Positions 31,612 to 41,158 are shown, numbered from the stretch's first letter. The stretch: 64,000 nt of DNA from a virus (IMGVR_UViG_3300044656_000027:32001-96000); one strand, 5' to 3'. Numbers and translations are program-made. Notes: generated from the sequence alone by a model not told the origin.

Positions 31612-31911
31612 TTAGACACCTACCTGCACAGTGAAGTTAGCTGCTGCTGCGGAAATAAGTCTTACATCAGTGCTGGAGGTAATTCCAGATCCAACCTGTG
31701 GACTGACCTTAGGATTGTTAACAGAGAGAGCGCTGTTAGCTGCAATGAAGAAACAGTCATCTCCTGCAATAGTTGGATCAATTCCATCAAAGCGAGCCCA
31801 CATATCTCCTGTGGATCTGTTCTCTACTTCAATGCCACGGAACCAACCGAAGGTGAGGCGCGATACTGTGTTTGCCACAGTCGTACCGCTAGTGATGTGT
31901 ACACCAGCCAT
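31612..31911 (-). CDS. small beta-rich virion protein, paralog 1
   Basis: SGT.VANTV...W...I.V.N....W..DG..PT..GDD pattern shared with 31921 and 32495. Confidence 0.7.
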   Translation of the reverse strand: MAGVHITSGTTVANTVSRLTFGWFRGIEVENRSTGDMWARFDGIDPTIAGDDCFFIAANSALSVNNPKVSPQVGSGITSSTDVRLISAAAANFTVQVGV

Positions 31912-31920
31912 AGTTACTCC

Positions 31921-32259
31921 TTAGGAAGCATATACAGTGAAAGGAATGGCTGTATCAGATACAAGCAATACGCTAGTACCGTTTACGCTTCGGGTAATTG
32001 GTTCCTGAGTCAGGACACCATTCGGGAATGTCACAGCCTGTCCGGGAAGCACAGGATAGCTGTCATCTGTGTCTGTAGGAGAAGACGGATTCCAAATCTT
32101 AGGGTTATTACCGTCTGTACGGAGCCAGATGGTTCCTGTCGTTCCTCTGTGAATGACTGTGATGTTTGCAAAATACTGAGGGAAGTTCACAGGATATACA
32201 ACCTGATTGGTTACTATACTCGCTGTGAGAGTATCTGAGTGTGATCTACTTGCAGCCAT
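31921..32259 (-). CDS. small beta-rich virion protein, paralog 2
   Basis: ITV...GT.GTIW.RTDG..P...DD pattern. Confidence 0.7.
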   Translation of the reverse strand: MAASRSHSDTLTASIVTNQVVYPVNFPQYFANITVIHRGTTGTIWLRTDGNNPKIWNPSSPTDTDDSYPVLPGQAVTFPNGVLTQEPITRSVNGTSVLLVSDTAIPFTVYAS

Positions 32260-32266
32260 AGCTTTC

Positions 32267-32485
32267 CTATCTCATGTTAACGACCGCAGTAGTTTGGTCT
32301 AGAGGATACTTTACTGGAGACGCACCAGGTATCTGTCCTCCGCTGTATCCGAATTCGTTGAGCAGATGAGCATGCATTTGTGCGTCAGCATTAGATTGAC
32401 CGGGAATAGGAACGAACATGTAGTCGCCGCTATTCCCGGTCAGCTCTTCATATGCGGCGGTACGTCTATTATGAAATACCGTCAT
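32267..32485 (-). CDS. hypothetical protein
   Basis: 72-aa ORF in tightly packed operon. Confidence 0.65.
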   Translation of the reverse strand: MTVFHNRRTAAYEELTGNSGDYMFVPIPGQSNADAQMHAHLLNEFGYSGGQIPGASPVKYPLDQTTAVVNMR

Positions 32486-32494
32486 TAATCAACC

Positions 32495-32890
32495 TTAGGC
32501 TAGAACAGTTGCAGCACCAGGGCTGTTGGACAGTTCAATATTATAGGTTGGTGGATTGGTAGCAAATGTACCAATCAAAGACACCTTGGTCTGTGCAGTT
32601 GTAAACGCTGGCACAGCAGATGGGTCAGTTGCAGCAGGAGTAGTTGCGGACAACTCGGCAGCTGGCAATAGGTTCTTTAGAACTGCGGTAACAGAACCGG
32701 TTGCTGGTACAGAGATTGCAGTGCAGTCTGCTCCACCAACGGTTGGGGTAGATCCATCAACGGTTGCATAAACAATACCAGCAGTACCAGTACCGTTAAG
32801 GGTGATGGATACCCACTTCTGCCAAGAAGTTAAAGTATTTGCGGCCACAGTGTTAGACACAAGAGTACCGCTAACTGCGTGTACAGCCAT
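32495..32890 (-). CDS. small beta-rich virion protein, paralog 3
   Basis: SGTLVSNTV...VYATVDGSTPTVGGADC. Confidence 0.7.
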   Translation of the reverse strand: MAVHAVSGTLVSNTVAANTLTSWQKWVSITLNGTGTAGIVYATVDGSTPTVGGADCTAISVPATGSVTAVLKNLLPAAELSATTPAATDPSAVPAFTTAQTKVSLIGTFATNPPTYNIELSNSPGAATVLA

Positions 32891-32914
32891 ATTTCACGTC
32901 CAATAATAGAAGGA

Positions 32915-33187
32915 TTACTTAGCGGCTGAGTCCACTGCGGCATCCGCAGAATCAACAACCTTATCAACAGTGTCCACATCAGAACGCAGGGTATCTGCGA
33001 CCTTCTCTACGTGAGAGGCAGCGTCGTGGACCTTAGAAGCAATGTCCGCCTTTACAACGTCCTCAATTGGGGACTGGTGTACGCGCTGGAAAATTGCCTC
33101 AAGCTTTAGAGTCAGAGCGTGAAGGTCACCCTCCACCTTTCCCTTGACATCTGCAAGCTTCTTCTCTACATCAGCAAATACGCTCAT
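32915..33187 (-). CDS. hypothetical helical protein
   Basis: 90-aa ORF with AAGGA RBS. Confidence 0.7.
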   Translation of the reverse strand: MSVFADVEKKLADVKGKVEGDLHALTLKLEAIFQRVHQSPIEDVVKADIASKVHDAASHVEKVADTLRSDVDTVDKVVDSADAAVDSAAK

Positions 33188-33196
33188 TGTTATTCC

Positions 33197-33403
33197 TTAA
33201 GAGTTTCGTGCGACAGAGGCATTGAAATGCATGACCGCTTCATCTAACTTTGTAATTGCAGAGGATAATTCTCTGCTTGCCGGGGCGTGTTCGTCCATCC
33301 ACAAAGCGAACTCTAAGGCTCTTGAACGTGCCTCCTCATAGAGAAGACCCTGTTCCGGTGTAGCAGGATGGAAAGTAAATCTATTCTGGATATCGCTGTT
33401 CAT
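33197..33403 (-). CDS. Acb2/Tad1-like helical hairpin protein (putative cyclic-nucleotide sponge)
   Basis: NRFTFHP...RELSSAITKLDEAVMHFNASVAR matches family pattern RE.SLA.TKLEEA.MWAN..IAR. Confidence 0.7.
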   Translation of the reverse strand: MNSDIQNRFTFHPATPEQGLLYEEARSRALEFALWMDEHAPASRELSSAITKLDEAVMHFNASVARNS

Positions 33404-33427
33404 ATTATGCTCCGAATGGTTTTGGAA

Positions 33428-33865
33428 TTAGTCAGTTACGATAGCACCGTGTAGACGCTCGTAACGACCACCGGAGCGAGATACTTGCTCAAATCTCTTT
33501 GCTGCATTGGAGTCAACCTGTACTCCATGCATAAACTCACCATTCATACCAGCAGAGTCAATCCATGCAGCAGAACCAACGTGAGCACGCTCACGAAGGG
33601 TCTCAGCAGCAGGCTTGATGAATACTGGTAGATTGTGGTTTGGCTTGCCGGGAGCTGTGCGATAACCCTGCATTGCGCCAAGTTGGAAATCGTTAGGTAC
33701 ATCTGTATCTGTAGCGATTCCTTCCTCAAAGCGCAGAGGTCCACGACGCTCGCTATTAACGGCTGCCTTGCCCTCATAATTGACCGCTCCACGGTCTCTT
33801 TCTGGGAATCTAGGAGTAGGCGCTAGATTGGTTACGCGGCCTGCTTCCTGGTACATTTCTGCCAT
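33428..33865 (-). CDS. hypothetical protein (head region)
   Basis: 145-aa ORF with AAGGA RBS between terminase and portal. Confidence 0.7.
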   Translation of the reverse strand: MAEMYQEAGRVTNLAPTPRFPERDRGAVNYEGKAAVNSERRGPLRFEEGIATDTDVPNDFQLGAMQGYRTAPGKPNHNLPVFIKPAAETLRERAHVGSAAWIDSAGMNGEFMHGVQVDSNAAKRFEQVSRSGGRYERLHGAIVTD

Positions 33866-33907
33866 ATGGTTTCCTTAAGTCAGATATCTACTAGATATGA
33901 TACCGCA

Positions 33908-35485
33908 TTACGATCTGCGTCTATCATAGAACGGATTATTGCTGACTTCGATCTCCTCTTGTACTGACTCAGGAATGATACTGAGTGCAATAGCCAGAGA
34001 GTCACAATAGTCATCGTGAGCATTGGCTTCCTTCGGAGCCTCAGCCAACATGTATGGTCCTTCAAACTTCACCTGTAGGTCAGACATTTGCTGGATGAAG
34101 TTACGGTATGTACGCAGAGAACGTGTCTTAGCGTGAGCGGGCCAACCGATCTTGCCTCTATCGATTACTTCACGAAGGTACTTCCAACGATCAGACTGTG
34201 CCTGTCGCTGTGAGGATACATCGATAATTTCTATATGAGGCAATAATACCCTAAGTCTGTCAACAACTAGGTCACCCATTCCACCTGAGTCAACTCCAAT
34301 TGCGAATACATTGTATTTCGAAACGAATTCAACAATTCGGTGATACTGTGTTTCCCAATCTTGTCCCTGTAAATCAAGCCAATTAAGAACTCGGCAATTG
34401 TAATATCCGAATTCATCTCTGTGCTCCCAGTCAACAAACATAGCTGTGACAATAGTGGAGTCGATCTTACGTGCAGGGTCAATTCCAATAACGATAGGAG
34501 TAGTGTAGTAAGCCTTCACTGTCTCCATAGTCTTATCTCCAAGCTCATCAAGGCGCTCGGAGGTGGTAAACATTCCCTGTTCCAGAAGCCACATGAGGCG
34601 GTAGGACAGCTTGAATTCGTCTGAGTCGTAACCCATACGCAGCATGTCTCCCGCTACAGCCTTCTCATACTTCTTATTCCACTTGGATACTTCCCTGTAG
34701 TCAGCTTCGTAGTGGTTGGTACGAGCTCCGCGCTTAGTGGCATTACGCTTGTTCTGCTGAATCTGTCGGTAGAAAACACCCTTCTCATACGTGGGTGTTC
34801 CAGTCATGATGAAGGTACCGGCAGTAGAAGCAAGCATCGGGCGAATTGACTTGTCAACAACTCTCTGGTCGGCAACCTGTGCCTCATCCAAAAGAGCGAT
34901 GTGATAAGTCTTACCTTCAATAGATGCGCGAGGGTGAGCTGTCTGCCTGCGTACTAGAGAGCCACACTTCTCTAACTTGATCTCAGCTCCCTTACCCTTG
35001 ATACGATCATCAATACCAGGGTCCAGAAGAATTGCTTGCGCGCGCTCGGATGTCAGCATGGACACGATACGGCTAAAGAGGGTCTTAGCCATGTCGTCAA
35101 CGGGTGCGAAGGCTCCTACCCATACGCCTTCCTTGAAAGAGTCCAGAAGGTCTGCGTAGCGCTCCAGCTTCGCTAATCTGGGAAGCATGATCATCATCGT
35201 AGCAATGGCAGCCGATACTGTCTCAGTCTTGCCGCTCTGACGGCTAAAAAGGGCTGTCACAGTCGCGTTGTCGTTGATGATGACCGATTCCATGATGCGC
35301 GCTGCAAAGGGTCTCTGATAGCCATACAGAGGGTGTCCTGACAGCTCGTCGGCAAAGATCAGCAGCTTCTCCACCAAGAGATCCACGGATGCCTGAGACA
35401 TCGGGTCTAGTTCGATCTTGGTGGAGTTGAGGGCTTCCAGCTCTTCGGTTGTTAAATCTTCATACGTTTCGTCGTACATTGTCAT
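33908..35485 (-). CDS. terL: terminase large subunit
   Basis: Walker A SRQSGKT, Walker B LLDEAQ, TGTP, IGIDPA nuclease, HDDYCDS; start refined to MTMYD with AGGAG RBS. Confidence 0.93.
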   Translation of the reverse strand: MTMYDETYEDLTTEELEALNSTKIELDPMSQASVDLLVEKLLIFADELSGHPLYGYQRPFAARIMESVIINDNATVTALFSRQSGKTETVSAAIATMMIMLPRLAKLERYADLLDSFKEGVWVGAFAPVDDMAKTLFSRIVSMLTSERAQAILLDPGIDDRIKGKGAEIKLEKCGSLVRRQTAHPRASIEGKTYHIALLDEAQVADQRVVDKSIRPMLASTAGTFIMTGTPTYEKGVFYRQIQQNKRNATKRGARTNHYEADYREVSKWNKKYEKAVAGDMLRMGYDSDEFKLSYRLMWLLEQGMFTTSERLDELGDKTMETVKAYYTTPIVIGIDPARKIDSTIVTAMFVDWEHRDEFGYYNCRVLNWLDLQGQDWETQYHRIVEFVSKYNVFAIGVDSGGMGDLVVDRLRVLLPHIEIIDVSSQRQAQSDRWKYLREVIDRGKIGWPAHAKTRSLRTYRNFIQQMSDLQVKFEGPYMLAEAPKEANAHDDYCDSLAIALSIIPESVQEEIEVSNNPFYDRRRS

Positions 35486-35524
35486 GTCGTTCTCCTGATC
35501 AATATCTCGTTCCTCCATTGTACC

Positions 35525-35553
35525 TTGACAAAGGGTTGACCCTGCGGTACGTT
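35525..35553 (+). promoter_or_regulatory. sigma70/HrdB-like promoter for the lone plus-strand gene
   Basis: TTGACA-N17-TACGTT, 35 nt upstream of ATG 35588. Confidence 0.6.
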
Positions 35554-35587
35554 GGTGGTACCACAACTAAACACCAAGGAGATCATC

Positions 35588-35836
35588 ATGGACGAGTTCG
35601 ACCCTTTCGAGCAGATGTCTCAGCACGATCACTCTGGGGAGTTCATGAGACCCTTCGTGGGTGGAATGGTAGGCGGCTTCATTGGCCACCAGCTCTCCAA
35701 GACACGGTTGGGTCAGCGATTCGAGAACAGCCGCATCGTCGGTTGGATCATTGGTCTGATACTGCTCGGAGTTGCCGGGTACGCTGCATTCTGTTGCGTA
35801 GTCTTTCTAGGCTTCCTGATTCACGCGTTCCTCTAA
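35588..35836 (+). CDS. small membrane protein, opposite strand to operon
   Basis: AAGGAG RBS, own promoter, glycine-zipper segment plus C-terminal TM helix. Confidence 0.75.
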   Translation: MDEFDPFEQMSQHDHSGEFMRPFVGGMVGGFIGHQLSKTRLGQRFENSRIVGWIIGLILLGVAGYAAFCCVVFLGFLIHAFL

Positions 35837-36076
35837 GACTTGGATAGCAGCCAGCAATGATACTGCCCCTTGTCTCATATCCTCTAGATGCATAAGAGCC
35901 TGAGCCGGATCACTTCGGTTCAGGTTCTTTTGCGTTTCACGCATGTTCTGGCCAATGCCTGTGATCGTATTGTCAGCCCAACGAATGACTTCTCCTGTGG
36001 TGATGTTGCGAAGTCTGCTGACCACCTTACGTCTGATCTTGTCTCTGGGATTCTCATCCCTCTTGAAAATACTCAT
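35807..36076 (-). CDS. hypothetical protein
   Basis: 89 aa, ATGA-coupled to upstream gene. Confidence 0.7.
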   Translation of the reverse strand: MSIFKRDENPRDKIRRKVVSRLRNITTGEVIRWADNTITGIGQNMRETQKNLNRSDPAQALMHLEDMRQGAVSLLAAIQVLEERVNQEA

Positions 36077-36459
36077 AGGTCCAATACCTCTATTAGTGTC
36101 TCTTGTTGATCTGCGGAAAATTGCTTCTTGATAAGGTTTCTGCGGATGTGCACTTTCTCTGCTTCTGTAAACTCTTCATCGGTCATCTGACGGCCTTGCA
36201 TGGCGTCGATGAGCATCTGTTCCTCTGTGCGGTCAGTCGTGTGCCAGCGCCCCACTACAAGCCCGTATGGGGTCAGTGGGAGGTGGAGGATCAGTGAGTT
36301 GGACCAGCGGAACGGTTCCTCTGTCTCGTGAGAAGGAAAACGATGAGCAACAGAGGATAGAGGCTTCAATCGGATACTGTGCCAGAAGTAATCCTTGAGT
36401 CGGGGTAGTAGCTTGACTATGCGCGGATAGTCTGTCATTTCGTGAGTCGTATAGTGCAT
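36073..36459 (-). CDS. hypothetical protein
   Basis: 128-aa ORF in operon. Confidence 0.65.
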   Translation of the reverse strand: MHYTTHEMTDYPRIVKLLPRLKDYFWHSIRLKPLSSVAHRFPSHETEEPFRWSNSLILHLPLTPYGLVVGRWHTTDRTEEQMLIDAMQGRQMTDEEFTEAEKVHIRRNLIKKQFSADQQETLIEVLDL

Positions 36460-36460
36460 T

Positions 36461-36964
36461 CTAGTAAATACCTCTTGAGTACGGATAATTGTTCAATGTG
36501 CTGTTGATGTATCGGCCGGGTGACTGAGCACGCTGAAACTTCCACCATACTGACGGAGGTACCTGGTAATAGGTGTAGATTTCTCCTTCACGGAATTGAA
36601 TACGTAAAGTCATGGACTTCTCGTCATATCCGGCTCGTAGAGTTCTAGGTCTACCAGGATTGATGGTCGGGGTTGGATCGTATGGCAGAAGTTCATCGAG
36701 ATCCCCATTAATAGCCATAGCAATGGCATTCTGCATATAGTCATCAGTTAAGTCCTCTGCGCGTTGGCGAATCTGAGGAAGTTCAAACATTGACTGCTGA
36801 CTACGTAAAGGGACTCGACCGATACTGTCTCGCGTATTATATCGGTTATCCCCAGTGTATTGCTTATCCTGATCTGCACGATTTAGAAATACGTCATCCC
36901 AAGCACCCGCACGACGTGTTGTACGTTGCGGTGTAATTCTTGATGATGCCTTACGTCTCGCCAT
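36461..36964 (-). CDS. KTSC domain protein
   Basis: AGYD.....L.IQF..G..Y.YYQVP..VW..F..A.SPGRYIN. Confidence 0.85.
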   Translation of the reverse strand: MARRKASSRITPQRTTRRAGAWDDVFLNRADQDKQYTGDNRYNTRDSIGRVPLRSQQSMFELPQIRQRAEDLTDDYMQNAIAMAINGDLDELLPYDPTPTINPGRPRTLRAGYDEKSMTLRIQFREGEIYTYYQVPPSVWWKFQRAQSPGRYINSTLNNYPYSRGIY

Positions 36965-36981
36965 AATTTGCTCCTAAATAC

Positions 36982-37021
36982 AGAAAAGCCCCTACCAGTA
37001 TATAGGCAGGGGCTTTCTTTT
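36982..37021 (-). terminator. intrinsic terminator
   Basis: AAAGCCCCT...AGGGGCTTT, same design as 27749. Confidence 0.7.
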
Positions 37022-37211
37022 ACTCGTCTACTGGCTCATCCTCTTCAATCCAGAGACCATAGCCTGCACGGTAAAGGTCTGGATCAACCCCACCCTTTCG
37101 CTGCTGCTCTGGATCAGGAAGCTGATCCTTTGTGAATGTCTGTCCTACTGCGCCAGGATCTTCAATCCAAGCGCTCTGAGACTGTGCTGTCCAGCCATGA
37201 TTAGTATCCAT
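37020..37211 (-). CDS. hypothetical protein
   Basis: 63-aa ORF overlapping upstream gene end. Confidence 0.55.
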   Translation of the reverse strand: MDTNHGWTAQSQSAWIEDPGAVGQTFTKDQLPDPEQQRKGGVDPDLYRAGYGLWIEEDEPVDE

Positions 37212-37434
37212 CTACTGTCCTTTGCTGTTGTACTGTCCAGCCAGGAGTGATGTCTTCCGGCTGATTGTGAGGACAAGCATAACCCTCATAAATATGCACT
37301 CCATCATGGAAGACACATACGTCTACGTCCATAGGGAGATACTGTCCTGCATGAGAGCCAGTGTGGAAGGTCCAGCTTTCTTCCTCCCACACTTCGCCTT
37401 CGTCCCAAACTGGATGATTAAACTGTACGCTCAT
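37201..37434 (-). CDS. hypothetical protein
   Basis: 77-aa ORF in operon. Confidence 0.55.
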   Translation of the reverse strand: MSVQFNHPVWDEGEVWEEESWTFHTGSHAGQYLPMDVDVCVFHDGVHIYEGYACPHNQPEDITPGWTVQQQRTVDGY

Positions 37435-37840
37435 GGATAAAACTCAAATCTGGTGGGGAATAGGTGGGAGGCTTTAGAACCTTCCCAAGCTCATTTCTAT
37501 GAACCTCTCCATCATCCCATACCTTTGACATATTTGAGTTATGTACTGCTTCAAATACCTTATCCAAGGGGATCTGAAACTCATCAGCAGTTCCATACAC
37601 TACGTATAGTAGGTCAGCAAGCTCCTTAGCCAGATGCTCCTTGGACTTCTTGTAGTTGTCCCATTCATCTAACGTATGCCAATTACTATCAACAGTCTTA
37701 AGAGCCTCTATCGTCTCCTCAAATTCCTCAGTAATAAGAGCAATTCGACGCTTGGTTCTATCCGCATGTATATCCTGATATTGCTCAGGAGAGAAAGTCA
37801 CATGGAATATACGGACATCATTTTGTGGAGTATATGTCAT
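37418..37840 (-). CDS. MazG-like nucleoside triphosphate pyrophosphohydrolase
   Basis: LITEE..E...KELADLLYVVYG...VH.SNMSK...GKVLKPP.Y.PPDL. Confidence 0.88.
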   Translation of the reverse strand: MTYTPQNDVRIFHVTFSPEQYQDIHADRTKRRIALITEEFEETIEALKTVDSNWHTLDEWDNYKKSKEHLAKELADLLYVVYGTADEFQIPLDKVFEAVHNSNMSKVWDDGEVHRNELGKVLKPPTYSPPDLSFIHERTV

Positions 37841-38976
37841 CAGTATTCCACACCATCCACAGAGAATCGGCCATCCTGAACAGTAATGAGACGCGGGTAA
37901 ACACGGTCACCATGAACCTCAAGAATTCCGAATGCCTGCTGCCAGTTAGCCGCAACACCCTTCTTCTTCAGATAGTCAGCCTTGGTAAGATCCATGAAGT
38001 GTCCAACCTCAAGACCATAACGGGTGTCACGGATCTTGCCGTTGTAACCAGTGGACTCAGAAGTGACTCCAGCACGGTGGGTGTGACCACAAACAACGTT
38101 GGCACCGAACTTGTTCTTAGCCAGGTTGAATGCGGTACGTCCAGCGATACTGTTCAAAGATCCCTCATCACCATGCGCCATAAGCCAGGGCTTATCAATT
38201 CCAGGTGTAAGTTCAACGACCTCATCACGGATGAACTCCACATCGTACTCATCGAATCCAGCGAGATATTCGATGTTAAGTTCGTCGTCCATGAGGGATG
38301 CAAGTCCAGCGGCACAACCTTCGATGTAAAGTTCCAGCCTGTCATCGTGGTTGGAGCGGACGATTCGGAATCGTCCATCGAAGACGTTTCGAATGTCTCG
38401 AAGAATTGACTTAGCAGTGCGGAAGCCTCCTGCAAGGTCTCCTGCGTACTCAGTCTTCTTTCCGCGTACCCATCGAGAAATCTCTGTGGAATCCGTAAAG
38501 TCACCAACCTGTCCCAACTCTGTAGGCTCGAAGTCCCCAAGGAACTTGACGAACTTGTCAACCAACTCCTGATCGTGCAGTGGAGCCTGAACGTCTGGCA
38601 TGATGACAATCGTGTTCGCCTTACGCGTAGAAAGCAGGATCGGAGATACTGCCTTCTCTGGAGCAGGGTTAGTGGTATTCACCGTAATTGTCTTGCTGGT
38701 GTTTCCCAGTAGCCCATAAGGATCAGTTATCGGGAATGGCTCAAACGGATTATACTTCTTCAGTTCATTCAGACGACGCAGCGTCTCTGCATGCGCAGGC
38801 TCTACCGTCTTCTTGCGCCACGTACGAATCAGCTTCTCACTGACCTTGTAGCCCCACTCCGCAAGCATCATGGATGCTCGTGCTCGGCTGACATCCTCAT
38901 CGTCCAGAAGAGTCCAGATGTCATCGTGAATGTTCGCCAGAGCGTCAAGCTCCTTGAAACTTGTGATGTGCTTCAA
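37840..38976 (-). CDS. calcineurin-like metallophosphoesterase
   Basis: PDVQ, GDFTD, SNHD, HGD, GHTH motifs. Confidence 0.88.
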   Translation of the reverse strand: MKHITSFKELDALANIHDDIWTLLDDEDVSRARASMMLAEWGYKVSEKLIRTWRKKTVEPAHAETLRRLNELKKYNPFEPFPITDPYGLLGNTSKTITVNTTNPAPEKAVSPILLSTRKANTIVIMPDVQAPLHDQELVDKFVKFLGDFEPTELGQVGDFTDSTEISRWVRGKKTEYAGDLAGGFRTAKSILRDIRNVFDGRFRIVRSNHDDRLELYIEGCAAGLASLMDDELNIEYLAGFDEYDVEFIRDEVVELTPGIDKPWLMAHGDEGSLNSIAGRTAFNLAKNKFGANVVCGHTHRAGVTSESTGYNGKIRDTRYGLEVGHFMDLTKADYLKKKGVAANWQQAFGILEVHGDRVYPRLITVQDGRFSVDGVEY

Positions 38977-39041
38977 CTTGCCTCCTTAAAAAGAAACTGC
39001 ATAGTGTAGTACATCCTACACTATGCATCTTCTGTTGTCTA

Positions 39042-39458
39042 CTACTTGTGCTTCATTACAAGATCCACAATGGCAATACCAAGGGGAATCATGACCATGG
39101 ACACCAGCCAGCGGAACTGTGCTTTCTTTGCATCCAAGAATTCCTTAAAAGTCTTCTTACGATCGTCCGTTTCACTCGCTAACGCTGCTGTTAATTCGTG
39201 TCTTAATGCTGTAAGCGCTTCTCTTAGTTCATTGTGCACTCGCGCAATATCAGTCTCGTTGTCGTCAATCTTCTCGTTGATGCCTTGCATTTGAATTTCT
39301 GTAACGCGCTTATCTGCACGATATTCAGTTAGAGTCAAGAGCTTGTCCAGACGAGTGTAAATGTCCGCAAATCTTGCATCGACGCTTCTTTGCAAACCGT
39401 CCAACTCCCTCTGAACTGCCCCTGACCAGTTGTTCTCTGGCTGTGTAGTCATGGTCAA
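39042..39458 (-). CDS. coiled-coil protein with C-terminal TM helix (holin-like candidate)
   Basis: Heptad-rich body, C-terminal WLVSMVMIPLGIAIV. Confidence 0.6.
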   Translation of the reverse strand: MTMTTQPENNWSGAVQRELDGLQRSVDARFADIYTRLDKLLTLTEYRADKRVTEIQMQGINEKIDDNETDIARVHNELREALTALRHELTAALASETDDRKKTFKEFLDAKKAQFRWLVSMVMIPLGIAIVDLVMKHK

Positions 39459-39602
39459 CTCGCTTGGGGCTCGATATTTACGGGGGAAATGTAGCTCAGC
39501 CTCCCGTATTAGTTCTGCAAGTGAGTGTCCCTTTTATGAGTGGTGGCCTAGCTATCGTCTTTTAAGGATAGCATAGACCACCACTTGATTGACCACGCTC
39601 AG

Positions 39603-40739
39603 TTACTCTGCGGTAGGCTTGATGATATCCCAAATTGTACTTGAAATATCCTTACCATCTAGCAAAAGAAACATAATTCCAGGGTGCGTAAGGTTTGCGT
39701 CCTTGACTGCAAGAGCAAAATCCTTACGAGTAAAATCTCTAGGAAGAGAGCTTACGATGCCGTCATAAAACAAAGTCTTCAAGATGAAGACCTTACGGTC
39801 ATAGTGATCCTGCAATTCCTTGTAAGTCTCCTGCAACCACGCGTGCCACTCATCCGGAACGATCTCAAGCAAGTCCGCAAGAGTCTTACCATCCTTCATG
39901 TTCTCCCAGACGCGCCGCTTGGTCAAACCTGTGACAACACGGTGCAGAGCAACGTAATCATCCTGCTTCACCTTGATACGGTAGTCAAGGTTCGGAAAGT
40001 AGACCACGTAACCCTCTGCATTAGCCCGTGGAGGGCACTCCAGCGCCTCTCTAAGCGTCTTGTAGGGAAAGACCTTGGTCTGCTCCCCATACCACTCGTA
40101 TTGGCTCGGAGAGAGCCGTACAAGCCCTGTGGAAAGGTTACGCGCACCTAGCCACGTAAGTCCCTTACGGTCACCGTAGTTGACGACGATTCGGTTCTCA
40201 GGGTAGATGATCTCTACCATGTATGTCCAGTTAGGATCAAGCAGACCTGTGTGCTGCTCCGCAAGCTTGCGCCCCATTACAGCCTGATCCGAATCGTAGG
40301 AACCCCGAGTGATAAGGGTCCACTTAGGCTCCCAAGGAGCGTAGTAAACAGCCGGAACAGAACGAACTGGGGTAGGGTCATGCCATCGGTCCTCAGGGAA
40401 CTGCTGGTTGTAACAGAAGAGGATACCAAGAGACCCGTCCATCTTGTCAGAGACGTGGACTGGCTCATCCATAAGCTGCTTGTCATCCTCAGACAGGTTC
40501 ATGAACTTGTCGAAAGGACGAGCCAGGACATTCCAGTTCTCATCAATTACAAGACCACGGCACTGCTTAGTTACCTCGTTCCACAGGTTATCGAACTGCG
40601 CCTTCTCGGTATACCCCAAAATTCTAAAAGTCTTCTTGTGCAAGTAGCTTACTTCAAGAGTAAACTCATTAACCCGAATATACTTCTCTCGAACCATTTG
40701 ACGGTAAAGATCCATATCCATCAAGTCCCAGAGCTTCAC
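39603..40739 (-). CDS. RNA ligase (T4 Rnl1-like)
   Basis: CRGLV, ARPFDKF.N, motif I KMDGSLG, TRGS, EII.P.NRIVV.Y, EGYVV, RIKVK; GTG start after GAGGAGG. Confidence 0.9.
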   Translation of the reverse strand: MKLWDLMDMDLYRQMVREKYIRVNEFTLEVSYLHKKTFRILGYTEKAQFDNLWNEVTKQCRGLVIDENWNVLARPFDKFMNLSEDDKQLMDEPVHVSDKMDGSLGILFCYNQQFPEDRWHDPTPVRSVPAVYYAPWEPKWTLITRGSYDSDQAVMGRKLAEQHTGLLDPNWTYMVEIIYPENRIVVNYGDRKGLTWLGARNLSTGLVRLSPSQYEWYGEQTKVFPYKTLREALECPPRANAEGYVVYFPNLDYRIKVKQDDYVALHRVVTGLTKRRVWENMKDGKTLADLLEIVPDEWHAWLQETYKELQDHYDRKVFILKTLFYDGIVSSLPRDFTRKDFALAVKDANLTHPGIMFLLLDGKDISSTIWDIIKPTAE

Positions 40740-41151
40740 GATTTGCCTCCTCCTCATAGGTTTCTAGAATCTCACGCGCCCAAGCTACCAGGTCTTCAAC
40801 CCTTTGTCCAAGAGGTTGCTTAGTTACCCAAAGTTCTAGATTTTCAAGACGATTGTCGTCTCGTACGCCATTCTTATGGTGCACATTCTCCCCTTTTCGA
40901 AGGGGTCTGTCAAGGTGTCTAGACATCACTAGCACATGCTCTAAAATAGTTCCATTTGCTTGTGCATTTGGATGTTCAGGAGCGTATACACGTCTATAAC
41001 CTTGCTCAGTAGTTGTGCCAGCTCCGTTAGCCGCACGTCGTCTCACGGGGCGTAGTTCTTGACCTTTAGACTGTTGCCAATAGTGTGCCCCACACAGTCC
41101 GCGTCCTGTCACTTTGCCTCCACAATCAGGGAAGCTGCATGTCTTCTTCAT
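40669..41151 (-). CDS. HNH homing endonuclease
   Basis: N-terminal C..C...C..H, EHVLVM...VHHKNGVRDDNRLENLELW. Confidence 0.9.
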   Translation of the reverse strand: MKKTCSFPDCGGKVTGRGLCGAHYWQQSKGQELRPVRRRAANGAGTTTEQGYRRVYAPEHPNAQANGTILEHVLVMSRHLDRPLRKGENVHHKNGVRDDNRLENLELWVTKQPLGQRVEDLVAWAREILETYEEEANREALGLDGYGSLPSNGSREVYSG

Positions 41152-41158
41152 AAACTTA

